A DNA stretch of 64,000 nucleotides. Origin: Macrostomum lignano (Eukaryota). This document shows, piece by piece, positions 1 through 15,479 of the stretch. Position 1 is the first letter of the stretch. Every line of letters begins with the position of its first letter. The stretch is taken from NCBI GenBank assembly GCA_002269645.1, contig NIVC01000100.1, forward strand, positions 248,001 through 312,000. Reading direction: 5' to 3'. The notes beneath the pieces were generated by a model that saw only the letters and a program-made list of their open reading frames with translations, was not told the origin of the DNA and ran no database searches. Position numbers and translations under genes: made by a program.

Positions 1-3000
1 CCAGAGACCCATCAATGTCCAATAAAGGACCATAGCTACAGGACCCATCAATGCCAATAAAGGACCATAGCTACAGGACCCATCAATGTCCAATAAAGGA
101 CCATAGCTACAGGACCCATCAATGTCCAATAAAGGACCATAGCTACAGGACCCATCAATGTCCAATAAAGGACCATAGCTACAGGACCCATCAATGTCCA
201 ATAAAGGACCATAGCTACAGGACCCATCAATGTCCAATAAAGGACCATAGCTACAGGACCCATCAATGTCCAATAAAGGACCATAGCTACAGGACCCATC
301 AATGTCCAATAAAGGACCATAGCTACAGGACCCATCAATGTCCAATAAAGGACCATAGCTACAGGACCCATCAATGTCCAATAAAGGACCATAGCTACAG
401 GACCCATCAATGTCCAATAAAGGACCATAGCTACAGGACCCATCAATGTCCAATAAAGGACCATAGCTACAGGACCCATCAATGTCCAATAAAGGACCAT
501 AGCTACAGGACCCATCAATGCCAATAAAGGACCATAGCTACAGGACCCATCAATGCCAATAAAGGACCATAGCTACAGAGACCCATCAATGCCAATAAAG
601 GACCATAGCTACAGGACCCATCAATGTCCAATAAAGGACCATAGCTACAGGACCCATCAATGTCCAATAAAGGACCATAGCTACAGGACCCATCAATGTC
701 CAATAAAGGACCATAGCTACAGGACCCATCAATGCCAATAAAGGACCATAGCCAGGACCCATCAATGCCAATAAAGGACCATAGCCAAGAGGACCCATCA
801 ATGCCCAATAAAGGACCATAGCCAAGAGGACCCATCAATGTCCAATAAAGGACCATAGCTACAGAGGACCCATCAATGTCCAATAAAGGACCATAGCCAA
901 GGACCCATCAATGTCCAATAAAGGACCATAGCTACAGGACCCATCAATGCCAATAAAGGACCATAGCTACAAGAGGACCCATCAATGCCAATAAAGGACC
1001 ATAGCCAAGAGGACCCATCAATGCCAATAAAGGACCATAGCCAAGAGGACCCATCAATGTCCAATAAAGGACCATAGCCAAGAGGACCCATCAATGTCCA
1101 ATAAAGGACCATAGCTACAGGGACCCATCAATGTCCAATAAAGGACCATAGCTACAGAGACCCATCAATGTCCAATAAAGGACCATAGCTACAGGACCCA
1201 TCAATGTCCAATAAAGGACCATAGCTACAGGACCCATCAATGTCCAATAAAGGACCATAGCTACAAGGACCCATCAATGTCCAATAAAGGACCATAGCTA
1301 CAGGACCCATCAATGTCCAATAAAGGACCATAGCTACAGGACCCATCAATGTCCAATAAAGGACCATAGCTACAGGACCCATCAATGTCCAATAAAGGAC
1401 CATAGCTACAGGACCCATCAATGCCAATAAAGGACCATAGCTACAGAGACCCATCAATGCCAATAAAGGACCATAGCTACAGGACCCATCAATGTCCAAT
1501 AAAGGACCATAGCTACAGGACCCATCAATGTCCAATAAAGGACCATAGCTACAGGACCCATCAGTGCCAATAAAGGACCATAGCTACAGGACCCATCAAT
1601 GTCCAATAAAGGACCATAGCTACAGGACCCATCAATGCCAATAAAGGACCATAGCCAGGACCCATCAATGCCAATAAAGGACCATAGCCAGAGGACCCAT
1701 CAATGCCAATAAAGGACCATAGCCAGAGGACCCATCAATGCCAATAAAGGACCATAGCTACAGGACCCATCAATGCCAATAAAGGACCATAGCTACAGGA
1801 CCCATCAATGTCCAATAAAGGACCATAGCTACAGGACCCATCAGTGCCAATAAAGGACCATAGCTACAGGACCCATCAATGTCCAATAAAGGACCATAGC
1901 TACAGGACCCATCAATGTCCAATAAAGGACCATAGCTACAGGACCCATCAGTCCAATAAAGGACCATAGCTACAGGACCCATCAATGTCCAATAAAGGAC
2001 CATAGCTACAGGACCCATCAATGTCCAATAAAGGACCATAGCTACAGGACCCATCAATGTCCAATAAAGGACCATAGCTACAGGACCCATCAATGTCCAA
2101 TAAAGGACCATAGCTACAGGACCCATCAATGTCCAATAAAGGACCATAGCTACAGGACCCATCAATGTCCAATAAAGGACCATAGCTACAGGACCCATCA
2201 ATGTCCAATAAAGGACCATAGCTACAGGACCCATCAATGCCAATAAAGGACCATAGCTACAGGACCCATCAATGCCAATAAAGGACCATAGCTACAGGAC
2301 CCATCAATGCCAATAAAGGACCATAGCTACAGGACCCATCAATGTCCAATAAAGGACCATAGCTACAGGACCCATCAATGCCAATAAAGGACCATAGCTA
2401 CAGGACCCATCAATGTCCAATAAAGGACCATAGCTACAGGACCCATCAATGCCAATAAAGGACCATAGCCAGGACCCATCAATGCCAATAAAGGACCATA
2501 GCCAAGAGGACCCATCAATGCCAATAAAGGACCATAGCCAAGAGGACCCATCAATGTCCAATAAAGGACCATAGCTACAGGACCCATCAATGTCCAATAA
2601 AGGACCATAGCCAAGAGACCCATCAATGTCCAATAAAGGACCATAGCCAGGACCCATCAATGCCAATAAAGGACCATAGCCAAGAGGACCCATCAATGCC
2701 AATAAAGGACCATAGCCAGAGACCCATCAATGTCCAATAAAGGACCATAGCTACAAGAGGACCCATCAATGTCCAATAAAGGACCATAGCTACAGGACCC
2801 ATCAATGTCCAATAAAGGACCATAGCTACAGGACCCATCAATGTCCAATAAAGGACCATAGCTACAGGACCCATCAATGTCCAATAAAGGACCATAGCTA
2901 CAGGACCCATCAATGTCCAATAAAGGACCATAGCTACAGGACCCATCAATGTCCAATAAAGGACCATAGCTACAGGACCCATCAATGTCCAATAAAGGAC

Positions 3001-6000
3001 CATAGCTACAGGACCCATCAATGTCCAATAAAGGACCATAGCTACAGGACCCATCAATGCCAATAAAGGACCATAGCTACAGGACCCATCAATGCCAATA
3101 AAGGACCATAGCCAAGAGGACCCATCAATGCCAATAAAGGACCATAGCCAAGAGGACCCATCAATGTCCAATAAAGGACCATAGCCAGGACCCATCAATG
3201 TGCCAATAAAGGACCATAGCTACAGGACCCATCAATGTCCAATAAAGGACCATAGCTACAGGACCCATCAATGTCCAATAAAGGACCATAGCTACAGGAC
3301 CCATCAATGTCCAATAAAGGACCATAGCTACAGGACCCATCAATGTCCAATAAAGGACCATAGCTACAGGACCCATCAATGTCCAATAAAGGACCATAGC
3401 TACAGGACCCATCAATGTCCAATAAAGGACCATAGCTACAGGACCCATCAATGTCCAATAAAGGACCATAGCTACAGGACCCATCAATGTCCAATAAAGG
3501 ACCATAGCTACAGGACCCATCAATGTCCAATAAAGGACCATAGCTACAGGACCCATCAATGTCCAATAAAGGACCATAGCTACAGGACCCATCAATGTCC
3601 AATAAAGGACCATAGCTACAGGACCCATCAATGTCCAATAAAGGACCATAGCTACAGGACCCATCAATGTCCAATAAAGGACCATAGCTACAGGACCCAT
3701 CAATGCCAATAAAGGACCATAGCTACAGGACCCATCAATGCCAATAAAGGACCATAGCTACAGAGACCCATCAATGCCAATAAAGGACCATAGCTACAGG
3801 ACCCATCAATGTCCAATAAAGGACCATAGCTACAGGACCCATCAATGTCCAATAAAGGACCATAGCTACAGGACCCATCAATGTCCAATAAAGGACCATA
3901 GCTACAGGACCCATCAATGCCAATAAAGGACCATAGCTACAGGACCCATCAATGCCAATAAAGGACCATAGCCAGAGACCCATCAATGCCAATAAAGGAC
4001 CATAGCCAGGACCCATCAATGTCCAATAAAGGACCATAGCTACAGGACCCATCAATGTCCAATAAAGGACCATAGCTACAGGACCCATCAATGCCAATAA
4101 AGGACCATAGCAAGAGGACCCATCAATGCCAATAAAGGACCATAGCCAAGAGGACCCATCAATGCCAATAAAGGACCATAGCCAAGAGGACCCATCAATG
4201 CCAATAAAGGACCATAGCCAGAGGACCCATCAATGTCCAATAAAGGACCATAGCTACAGGACCCATCAATGTCCAATAAAGGACCATAGCTACAGGACCC
4301 ATCAATGCCAATAAAGGACCATAGCTACAGGACCCATCAATGCCAATAAAGGACCATAGCCAAGAGGACCCATCAATGCCCAATAAAGGACCATAGCCAG
4401 GACCCATCAATGTCCAATAAAGGACCATAGCTACAGGACCCATCAATGTCCAATAAAGGACCATAGCTACAGGACCCATCAATGTCCAATAAAGGACCAT
4501 AGCTACAGGACCCATCAATGCCAATAAAGGACCATAGCCAGGGACCCATCAATGCCAATAAAGGACCATAGCCAGGACCCATCAATGTCCAATAAAGGAC
4601 CATAGCTACAGGACCCATCAATGTCCAATAAAGGACCATAGCTACAGGACCCATCAATGTCCAATAAAGGACCATAGCTACAGGACCCATCAATGTCCAA
4701 TAAAGGACCATAGCTACAGGACCCATCAATGTCCAATAAAGGACCATAGCTACAGGACCCATCAATGTCCAATAAAGGACCATAGCTACAGGACCCATCA
4801 ATGTCCAATAAAGGACCATAGCTACAGGACCCATCAATGTCCAATAAAGGACCATAGCTACAGGACCCATCAATGCCAATAAAGGACCATAGCTACAGGA
4901 CCCATCAATGCCAATAAAGGACCATAGCCATCAATGCCAATAAAGGACCATAGCCAAGAGGACCCATCAATGCCAATAAAGGACCATAGCTACAGAGACC
5001 CATCAATGTCCAATAAAGGACCATAGCTACAGGACCCATCAGTGCCAATAAAGGACCATAGCTACAGGACCCATCAATGTCCAATAAAGGACCATAGCTA
5101 CAGGACCCATCAATGTCCAATAAAGGACCATAGCTACAGGACCCATCAATGTCCAATAAAGGACCATAGCTACAGGACCCATCAATGTCCAATAAAGGAC
5201 CATAGCTACAGGACCCATCAATGTCCAATAAAGGACCATAGCTACAGGACCCATCAATGTCCAATAAAGGACCATAGCTACAGGACCCATCAATGTCCAA
5301 TAAAGGACCATAGCTACAGGACCCATCAATGTCCAATAAAGGACCATAGCTACAGGACCCATCAATGTCCAATAAAGGACCATAGCTACAGGACCCATCA
5401 ATGTCCAATAAAGGACCATAGCTACAGGACCCATCAATGTCCAATAAAGGACCATAGCTACAGGACCCATCAATGTCCAATAAAGGACCATAGCTACAGG
5501 ACCCATCAGTGCCAATAAAGGACCATAGCTACAGGACCCATCAATGCCCAATAAAGGACCATAGCCAGAGGACCCATCAATGCCAATAAAGGACCATAGC
5601 TACAGAGGACCCATCAATGTCCAATAAAGGACCATAGCTACAGGACCCATCAATGTCCAATAAAGGACCATAGCTACAGGACCCATCAATGTCCAATAAA
5701 GGACCATAGCTACAGGACCCATCAATGCCAATAAAGGACCATAGCCAAGAGGACCCATCAATGCCAATAAAGGACCATAGCCAAGAGACCCATCAATGCC
5801 AATAAAGGACCATAGCCAAGAGGACCCATCAATGTCCAATAAAGGACCATAGCTACAGGACCCATCAATGTCCAATAAAGGACCATAGCCAGAGACCCAT
5901 CAATGCCAATAAAGGACCATAGCCAGGACCCATCAATGCCAATAAAGGACCATAGCCAGAGGACCCATCAATGCCAATAAAGGACCATAGCCAAGAGGAC

Positions 6001-9000
6001 CCATCAATGTCCAATAAAGGACCATAGCTACAGGACCCATCAATGTCCAATAAAGGACCATAGCTACAGGACCCATCAATGTCCAATAAAGGACCATAGC
6101 TACAGGACCCATCAATGTCCAATAAAGGACCATAGCTACAGGACCCATCAATGTCCAATAAAGGACCATAGCTACAGGACCCATCAATGTCCAATAAAGG
6201 ACCATAGCTACAGGACCCATCAATGTCCAATAAAGGACCATAGCTACAGGACCCATCAATGTCCAATAAAGGACCATAGCTACAGGACCCATCAATGCCA
6301 ATAAAGGACCATAGCTACAGGACCCATCAATGCCAATAAAGGACCATAGCTACAGGACCCATCAATGCCAATAAAGGACCATAGCTACAGGACCCATCAA
6401 TGCCAATAAAGGACCATAGCCAAGAGGACCCATCAATGCCAATAAAGGACCATAGCTACAGGACCCATCAATGTCCAATAAAGGACCATAGCTACAGGAC
6501 CCATCAATGTCCAATAAAGGACCATAGCTACAGGACCCATCAATGTCCAATAAAGGACCATAGCTACAGGACCCATCAATGCCAATAAAGGACCATAGCC
6601 AAGAGGACCCATCAATGCCAATAAAGGACCATAGCCAAGAGGACCCATCAATGCCAATAAAGGACCATAGCCAAGAGGACCCATCAATGTCCAATAAAGG
6701 ACCATAGCTACAGGACCCATCAATGTCCAATAAAGGACCATAGCCAGAGGACCCATCAATGCCAATAAAGGACCATAGCCAGAGGACCCATCAATGCCAA
6801 TAAAGGACCATAGCAAGAGGACCCATCAATGCCCAATAAAGGACCATAGCCAAGAGGACCCATCAATGTCCAATAAAGGACCATAGCTACAGGACCCATC
6901 AATGTCCAATAAAGGACCATAGCTACAGGACCCATCAATGTCCAATAAAGGACCATAGCTACAGGACCCATCAATGCCAATAAAGGACCATAGCTACAGG
7001 ACCCATCAATGCCCAATAAAGGACCATAGCCAAGAGGACCCATCAATGCCCAATAAAGGACCATAGCTACAAGAGGACCATCAATGTCCAATAAAGGACC
7101 ATAGCTACAGGACCCATCAATGTCCAATAAAGGACCATAGCTACAGGACCCATCAATGTCCAATAAAGGACCATAGCTACAGGACCCATCAATGCCAATA
7201 AAGGACCATAGCTACAGAGACCCATCAATGCCAATAAAGGACCATAGCCAGAGGACCCATCAATGTCCAATAAAGGACCATAGCTACAGGACCCATCAAT
7301 GTCCAATAAAGGACCATAGCTACAGGACCCATCAATGTCCAATAAAGGACCATAGCTACAGGACCCATCAATGTCCAATAAAGGACCATAGCTACAGGAC
7401 CCATCAATGTCCAATAAAGGACCATAGCTACAGGACCCATCAATGTCCAATAAAGGACCATAGCTACAGGACCCATCAATGTCCAATAAAGGACCATAGC
7501 TACAGGACCCATCAATGTCCAATAAAGGACCATAGCTACAGGACCCATCAATGCCAATAAAGGACCATAGCCAGAGGACCCATCAATGTGCCAATAAAGG
7601 ACCATAGCCAAGAGGACCCATCAATGCCAATAAAGGACCATAGCCAGAGACCCATCAATGCCAATAAAGGACCATAGCCAGAGACCCATCAATGTCCAAT
7701 AAAGGACCATAGCTACAGGACCCATCAATGTCCAATAAAGGACCATAGCTACAGGACCCATCAATGTCCAATAAAGGACCCATCAATGTCCAATAAAGGA
7801 CCATAGCTACAGGACCCATCAATGTCCAATAAAGGACCATAGCTACAGGACCCATCAATGTCCAATAAAGGACCATAGCTACAGGACCCATCAGTGTCCA
7901 ATAAAGGACCATAGCTACAGGACCCATCAATGTCCAATAAAGGACCATAGCTACAGGACCCATCAATGTCCAATAAAGGACCATAGCTACAGGACCCATC
8001 AATGTCCAATAAAGGACCATAGCTACAGGACCCATCAATGTCCAATAAAGGACCATAGCTACAGGACCCATCAATGTCCAATAAAGGACCATAGCTACAG
8101 GACCCATCAATGTCCAATAAAGGACCATAGCTACAGGACCCATCAGTGCCAATAAAGGACCATAGCTACAGGACCCATCAATGCCAATAAAGGACCATAG
8201 CTACAGAGACCCATCAATGCCCAATAAAGGACCATAGCCAAGAGGACCCATCAATGCCAATAAAGGACCATAGCTACAGGACCCATCAATGTCCAATAAA
8301 GGACCATAGCTACAGGACCCATCAATGTCCAATAAAGGACCATAGCTACAGGACCCATCAATGCCAATAAAGGACCATAGCCAAGAGGACCCATCAATGC
8401 CAATAAAGGACCATAGCCAAGAGGACCCATCAATGCCAATAAAGGACCATAGCCAGAGGACCCATCAATGTCCAATAAAGGACCATAGCTACAGGACCCA
8501 TCAATGTCCAATAAAGGACCATAGCACAGGACCCATCAATGCCAATAAAGGACCATAGCACAGGACCCATCAATGCCAATAAAGGACCATAGCCAAGAGG
8601 ACCCATCAATGCCCAATAAAGGACCATAGCCAAGAGGACCCATCAATGTCCAATAAAGGACCATAGCTACAGGACCCATCAATGTCCAATAAAGGACCAT
8701 AGCTACAGGACCCATCAATGTCCAATAAAGGACCATAGCTACAGGACCCATCAATGCCAATAAAGGACCATAGCCAAGAGGACCCATCAATGCCAATAAA
8801 GGACCATAGCCAAGAGGACCCATCAATGCCAATAAAGGACCATAGCTACAGGACCCATCAATGTCCAATAAAGGACCATAGCTACAGGACCCATCAATGT
8901 CCAATAAAGGACCATAGCTACAGGACCCATCAATGCCAATAAAGGACCATAGCCAAGAGGACCCATCAATGCCAATAAAGGACCATAGCCAAGAGGACCC

Positions 9001-12000
9001 ATCAATGCCAATAAAGGACCATAGCCAAGAGGACCCATCAATGCCAATAAAGGACCATAGCTACAGGACCCATCAATGTCCAATAAAGGACCATAGCTAC
9101 AGGACCCATCAATGCCAATAAAGGACCATAGCTACAGGACCCATCAATGTCCAATAAAGGACCATAGCTACAGGACCCATCAATGTCCAATAAAGGACCA
9201 TAGCTACAGGACCCATCAATGTCCAATAAAGGACCATAGCTACAGGACCCATCAATGTCCAATAAAGGACCATAGCTACAGGACCCATCAGTGTCCAATA
9301 AAGGACCATAGCTACAGGACCCATCAATGTCCAATAAAGGACCATAGCTACAGGACCCATCAATGTCCAATAAAGGACCATAGCTACAGGACCCATCAAT
9401 GTCCAATAAAGGACCATAGCTACAGGACCCATCAGTGTCCAATAAAGGACCATAGCTACAGGACCCATCAATGTCCAATAAAGGACCATAGCTACAGGAC
9501 CCATCAATGTCCAATAAAGGACCATAGCTACAGGACCCATCAATGCCAATAAAGGACCATAGCTACAGGACCCATCAATGCCAATAAAGGACCATAGCTA
9601 CAGGACCCATCAATGCCAATAAAGGACCATAGCCAAGAGGACCCATCAATGCCAATAAAGGACCATAGCTAAGAGGACCCATCAATGTCCAATAAAGGAC
9701 CATAGCTACAGGACCCATCAATGTCCAATAAAGGACCATAGCTACAGACCCATCAATGTCCAATAAAGGACCATAGCTACAGGACCCATCAATGCCAATA
9801 AAGGACCATAGCCAAGAGGACCCATCAATGCCAATAAAGGACCATAGCCAAGAGGACCCATCAATGCCAATAAAGGACCATAGCCAAGAGGACCCATCAA
9901 TGTCCAATAAAGGACCATAGCTACAGGACCCATCAATGTCCAATAAAGGACCATAGCCAAGAGGACCCATCAATGCCAATAAAGGACCATAGCCAAGAGG
10001 ACCCATCAATGCCAATAAAGGACCATAGCCAAGAGGACCCATCAATGCCAATAAAGGACCATAGCCAAGAGGACCCATCAATGTCCAATAAAGGACCATA
10101 GCTACAGGACCCATCAATGTCCAATAAAGGACCATAGCTACAGGACCCATCAATGTCCAATAAAGGACCATAGCTACAGGACCCATCAATGCCCAATAAA
10201 GGACCATAGCCAAGAGGACCCATCAATGCCAATAAAGGACCATAGCCAAGAGGACCCATCAATGTCCAATAAAGGACCATAGCTACAGGACCCATCAATG
10301 TCCAATAAAGGACCATAGCTACAGGACCCATCAATGTCCAATAAAGGACCATAGCTACAGGACCCATCAATGTCCAATAAAGGACCATAGCTACAGGACC
10401 CATCAATGCCCAATAAAGGACCATAGCCAAGAGGACCCATCAATGCCCAATAAAGGACCATAGCCAAGAGGACCCATCAATGCCCAATAAAGGACCATAG
10501 CCAAGAGGACCCATCAATGTCCAATAAAGGACCATAGCTACAGGACCCATCAATGTCCAATAAAGGACCATAGCTACAGGACCCATCAATGTCCAATAAA
10601 GGACCATAGCTACAGGACCCATCAATGTCCAATAAAGGACCATAGCTACAGGACCCATCAATGTCCAATAAAGGACCATAGCTACAGGACCCATCAGTGT
10701 CCAATAAAGGACCATAGCTACAGGACCCATCAATGTCCAATAAAGGACCATAGCTACAGGACCCATCAATGCCAATAAAGGACCATAGCCAGAGGACCCA
10801 TCAATGCCCAATAAAGGACCATAGCAAGAGGACCCATCAATGCCCAATAAAGGACCATAGCCAAGAGGACCCATCAATGCCAATAAAGGACCATAGCCAA
10901 GAGGACCCATCAATGCCAATAAAGGACCATAGCTACAGGACCCATCAGTCCAATAAAGGACCATAGCTACAGGACCCATCAGTGTCCAATAAAGGACCAT
11001 AGCTACAGGACCCATCAATGTCCAATAAAGGACCATAGCTACAGGACCCATCATGTCCAATAAAGGACCATAGCTACAGGACCCATCAATGTCCAATAAA
11101 GGACCATAGCTACAGGACCCATCAGTGTCCAATAAAGGACCATAGCTACAGGACCCATCAATGTCCAATAAAGGACCATAGCTACAGGACCCATCAATGT
11201 CCAATAAAGGACCATAGCTACAGGACCCATCAATGTCCAATAAAGGACCATAGCTACAGGACCCATCATGTCCAATAAAGGACCATAGCTACAGGACCCA
11301 TCAATGTCCAATAAAGGACCATAGCTACAGGACCCATCAATGTCCAATAAAGGACCATAGCTACAGGACCCATCAATGTCCAATAAAGGACCATAGCTAC
11401 AGGACCCATCAGTGCCAATAAAGGACCATAGCTACAGGACCCATCAATGCCAATAAAGGACCATAGCCAAGAGGACCCATCAATGCCAATAAAGGACCAT
11501 AGCCAGAGGACCCATCAATGTCCAATAAAGGACCATAGCTACAGGACCCATCAATGTCCAATAAAGGACCATAGCTACAGGACCCATCAATGTCCAATAA
11601 AGGACCATAGCTACAGGACCCATCAATGCCCAATAAAGGACCATAGCCAGAGGACCCATCAATGCCAATAAAGGACCATAGCCAAGAGGACCCATCAATG
11701 CCAATAAAGGACCATAGCAAGAGGACCCATCAATGTCCAATAAAGGACCATAGCCAAGGGACCCATCAATGTCCAATAAAGGACCATAGCCAAGAGGACC
11801 CATCAATGTCCAATAAAGGACCATAGCTACAGGACCCATCAATGTCCAATAAAGGACCATAGCTACAGGACCCATCAGTGCCCAATAAAGGACCATAGCT
11901 ACAGGACCCATCAATGCCCAATAAAGGACCATAGCCAAGAGGACCCATCAATGTCCAATAAAGGACCATAGCTACAGGACCCATCAATGTCCAATAAAGG

Positions 12001-14778
12001 ACCATAGCTACAGGACCCATCAGTGTCCAATAAAGGACCATAGCTACAGGACCCATCAATGCCAATAAAGGACCATAGCTACAGAGGACCCATCAATGCC
12101 AATAAAGGACCATAGCCAAGAGGACCCATCAATGTCCAATAAAGGACCATAGCTACAGACCCATCAATGTCCAATAAAGGACCATAGCTACAGGACCCAT
12201 CATGTCCAATAAAGGACCATAGCTACAGGACCCATCAATGTCCAATAAAGGACCATAGCTACAGGACCCATCAATGCCAATAAAGGACCATAGCTACAAG
12301 AGGACCCATCAATGCCCAATAAAGGACCATAGCCAAGAGGACCCATCAATGCCAATAAAGGACCATAGCCAGAGGACCCATCAATGCCAATAAAGGACCA
12401 TAGCCAAGAGGACCCATCAATGCCCAATAAAGGACCATAGCCAGAGGACCCATCAATGCCCAATAAAGGACCATAGCCAAGAGGACCCATCAATGTCCAA
12501 TAAAGGACCATAGCTACAGGACCCATCAATGTCCAATAAAGGACCATAGCTACAGGACCCATCAGTGTCCAATAAAGGACCATAGCTACAGGACCCATCA
12601 TGTCCAATAAAGGACCATAGCTACAGGACCCATCAGTGTCCAATAAAGGACCATAGCTACAGGACCCATCAATGTCCAATAAAGGACCATAGCTACAGGA
12701 CCCATCAGTGTCCAATAAAGGACCATAGCTACAGGACCCATCAGTGCCAATAAAGGACCATAGCTACAGGACCCATCAGTGTCCAATAAAGGACCATAGC
12801 TACAGACCCATCATGTCCAATAAAGGACCATAGCTACAGGACCCATCAGTGTCCAATAAAGGACCATAGCTACAGGACCCATCAATGTCCAATAAAGGAC
12901 CATAGCTACAGGACCCATCAATGTCCAATAAAGGACCATAGCTACAGGACCCATCAATGTCCAATAAAGGACCATAGCTACAGGACCCATCAGTGTCCAA
13001 TAAAGGACCATAGCTACAGGACCCATCAATGTCCAATAAAGGACCATAGCTACAGGACCCATCAATGCCCAATAAAGGACCATAGCCAAGAGGACCCATC
13101 AATGCCCAATAAAGGACCATAGCCAAGAGGACCCATCAATGTCCAATAAAGGACCATAGCTACAGGACCCATCAGTGTCCAATAAAGGACCATAGCCAGA
13201 GGACCCATCAATGTCCAATAAAGGACCATAGCTACAGAGACCCATCAATGTCCAATAAAGGACCATAGCTACAGGACCCATCAGTGTCCAATAAAGGACC
13301 ATAGCTACAGGACCCATCAATGTCCAATAAAGGACCATAGCTACAGGACCCATCAGTGTCCAATAAAGGACCATAGCTACAGGACCCATCAGTGTCCAAT
13401 AAAGGACCATAGCTACAGGACCCATCAATGCCCAATAAAGGACCATAGCCAAGAGGATCCATCAATGCCCAATAAAGGACCATAGCCAAGAGGACCCATC
13501 AATGCCCAATAAAGGACCATAGCCAAGAGGACTCATCAATGTCCAATAAAGGACCATAGCTACAGGACCCATCAATGTCCAATAAAGGACCATAGCTACA
13601 GGACCCATCAATGTCCAATAAAGGACCATAGCTACAGGACCCATCAATGCCCAATAAAGGACCATAGCCAAGAGGATCCATCAATGCCCAATAAAGGACC
13701 ATAGCCAAGAGGACCCATCAATGCCCAATAAAGGACCATAGCCAAGAGGACTCATCAATGTCCAATAAAGGACATAGCTACAGGACCCATCAATGTCCAA
13801 TAAAGGACCATAGCTACAGGACCCATCAGTGTCCAATAAAGGACCATAGCTACAGGACCCATCAATGCCCAATAAAGGACCATAGCCAAGAGGACCCATC
13901 AATGCCCAATAAAGGACCATAGCCAAGAGGACTCATCAATGTCCAATAAAGGACCATAGCCAAGAGGACCCATCAATGCCCAATAAAGGACCATAGCCAA
14001 GAGGACTCATCAATGTCCAATAAAGGACCATAGCCAAGAGGACCCATCAATGCCCAATAAAGGACCATAGCTACAGGACCCATCAGTGTCCAATAAAGGA
14101 CCATAGCTACAGGACCCATCAGTGTCCAATAAAGGACCATAGCTACAGGACCCATCAATGCCCAATAAAGGACCATAGCCAAGAGGATCCATCAATGCCC
14201 AATAAAGGACCATAGCTACAGGACCCATCAATGCCCAATAAAGGACCATAGCCAAGAGGACCCATCAATGCCCAATAAAGGACCATAGCCAAGAGGACCC
14301 ATCAATGCCCAATAAAGGACCATAGCTACAGGACCCATCAATGCCCAATAAAGGACCATAGCCAAGAGGACCCATCAATGCCCAATAAAGGACCATAGCC
14401 AAGAGGACCCATCAATGCCAATAAAGGACCATAGCCAGGACCCATCAATGCCCAATAAAGGACCATAGCAAGGACCATCAATGCCAATAAAGGACCATAG
14501 CTACAGGACCCATCAATGCCCAATAAAGGACCATAGCCAAGAGGACCCATCAATGCCCAATAAAGGACCATAGCCAAGAGGACCCATCAATGCCCAATAA
14601 AGGACCATAGCCAAGAGGACCCATCAATGCCCAATAAAGGACCATAGCCAAGAGGACCCATCAATGCCCAATAAAGGACCATAGCCAAGCCCAATAAAGG
14701 ACCATAGCAAGAGGACCCATCAATGCCCAATAAAGGACCATAGCCAAGAGGACCCATCAGTGTCCAATAAAGGACCAA
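1..14778. repeat. 36-bp satellite array (CAATGTCCAATAAAGGACCATAGCTACAGGACCCAT), intronic in DOP1, extends beyond left edge
   Basis: Uninterrupted head-to-tail copies (roughly 400 in window) with recurrent 35-38 bp variants (TGCC, TGCCC, GCCAAGAGG, CAGTG); ends about 40 bp from the DOP1 donor at 14820-14821. Confidence 0.98.
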
Positions 14779-14821
14779 GTTATTAAACGTTATTCAAGTT
14801 CAATAGATTCACAGATCCTAC

Positions 14822-15369
14822 CTGCAAACAATCAATCTTTCGATTGTACAGGCACATGTGCGAAAACAGCGGATGCACGCTTCGCTCAACTTGAGCCAAA
14901 GAGGCTGTGATCAATTCTTCGATAATGTCGTTGACAACAGACATGGCCTCGGGGCTGGGGCACAGAACTCCAGATGAAGCCACACGAGCAGGCGGCGTTG
15001 GAGTCGCTTCTCTATTACTATTGCTACTACTACTAACAGCAGCTGATTCAGTAGTATCTGCAACATTTTTATCTTCAATAGAGTTAGCCTCGATGGAGTC
15101 CGTATCCGTCTCGTTGACCGAGGCTTCGTCTAGCGGGTTGATTCTCAATCGGAATGAAGCTGCAGATGCTGATGAGGCGCCGCCGCCTAGCAACCGCACT
15201 GGCGCAGCCGAGGTGGCGGTGGCCAACAGTTGAACAGCTGATCGACTCCTTCCAGCCGATGAAGCGGTGCCCGAAGAGCGCTTGACGATGGATTTGCTAG
15301 CGAAGATGCCTGATGATTGCTGGTGCCGTCGGTGGCCCTGGCTGGCGACTGGTTGACCCGATAGATTAC
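14822..15369 (-). CDS. DOP1: Dopey/DOP1 coding exon 6 (frame discontinuity inside)
   Basis: Acceptor TCTCAG|GTAATC at 15370-71 and donor CAG|GTAGGA at 14820-21; encodes VHPLFSHMCLYNRKIDC, similar to the Dopey IHPLxQHVLLY motif; start and end read in different frames. Confidence 0.75.
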
Positions 15370-15479
15370 CTGAGATTATGGGGGATTAAGGCGTTGATAG
15401 TCACGATTTAGAAGGATTTGGGATAAAGTTGCTGAATAATTACAAAAGGTCACATCCCACCACTACTGAATACGCAATC

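Noticed and set aside
1-14778. CRISPR array (36-bp repeat length)
   Set aside because: Units are directly adjacent with no unique spacers, there are no cas genes, and the context is a eukaryotic intron
48-14778. ORFs such as MALMGPVAMVLYWT..., MDIDGSCSYGPLL..., MPIKDHSYRTHQC...
   Set aside because: Translations of a 36-bp (multiple of 3) satellite; not genes
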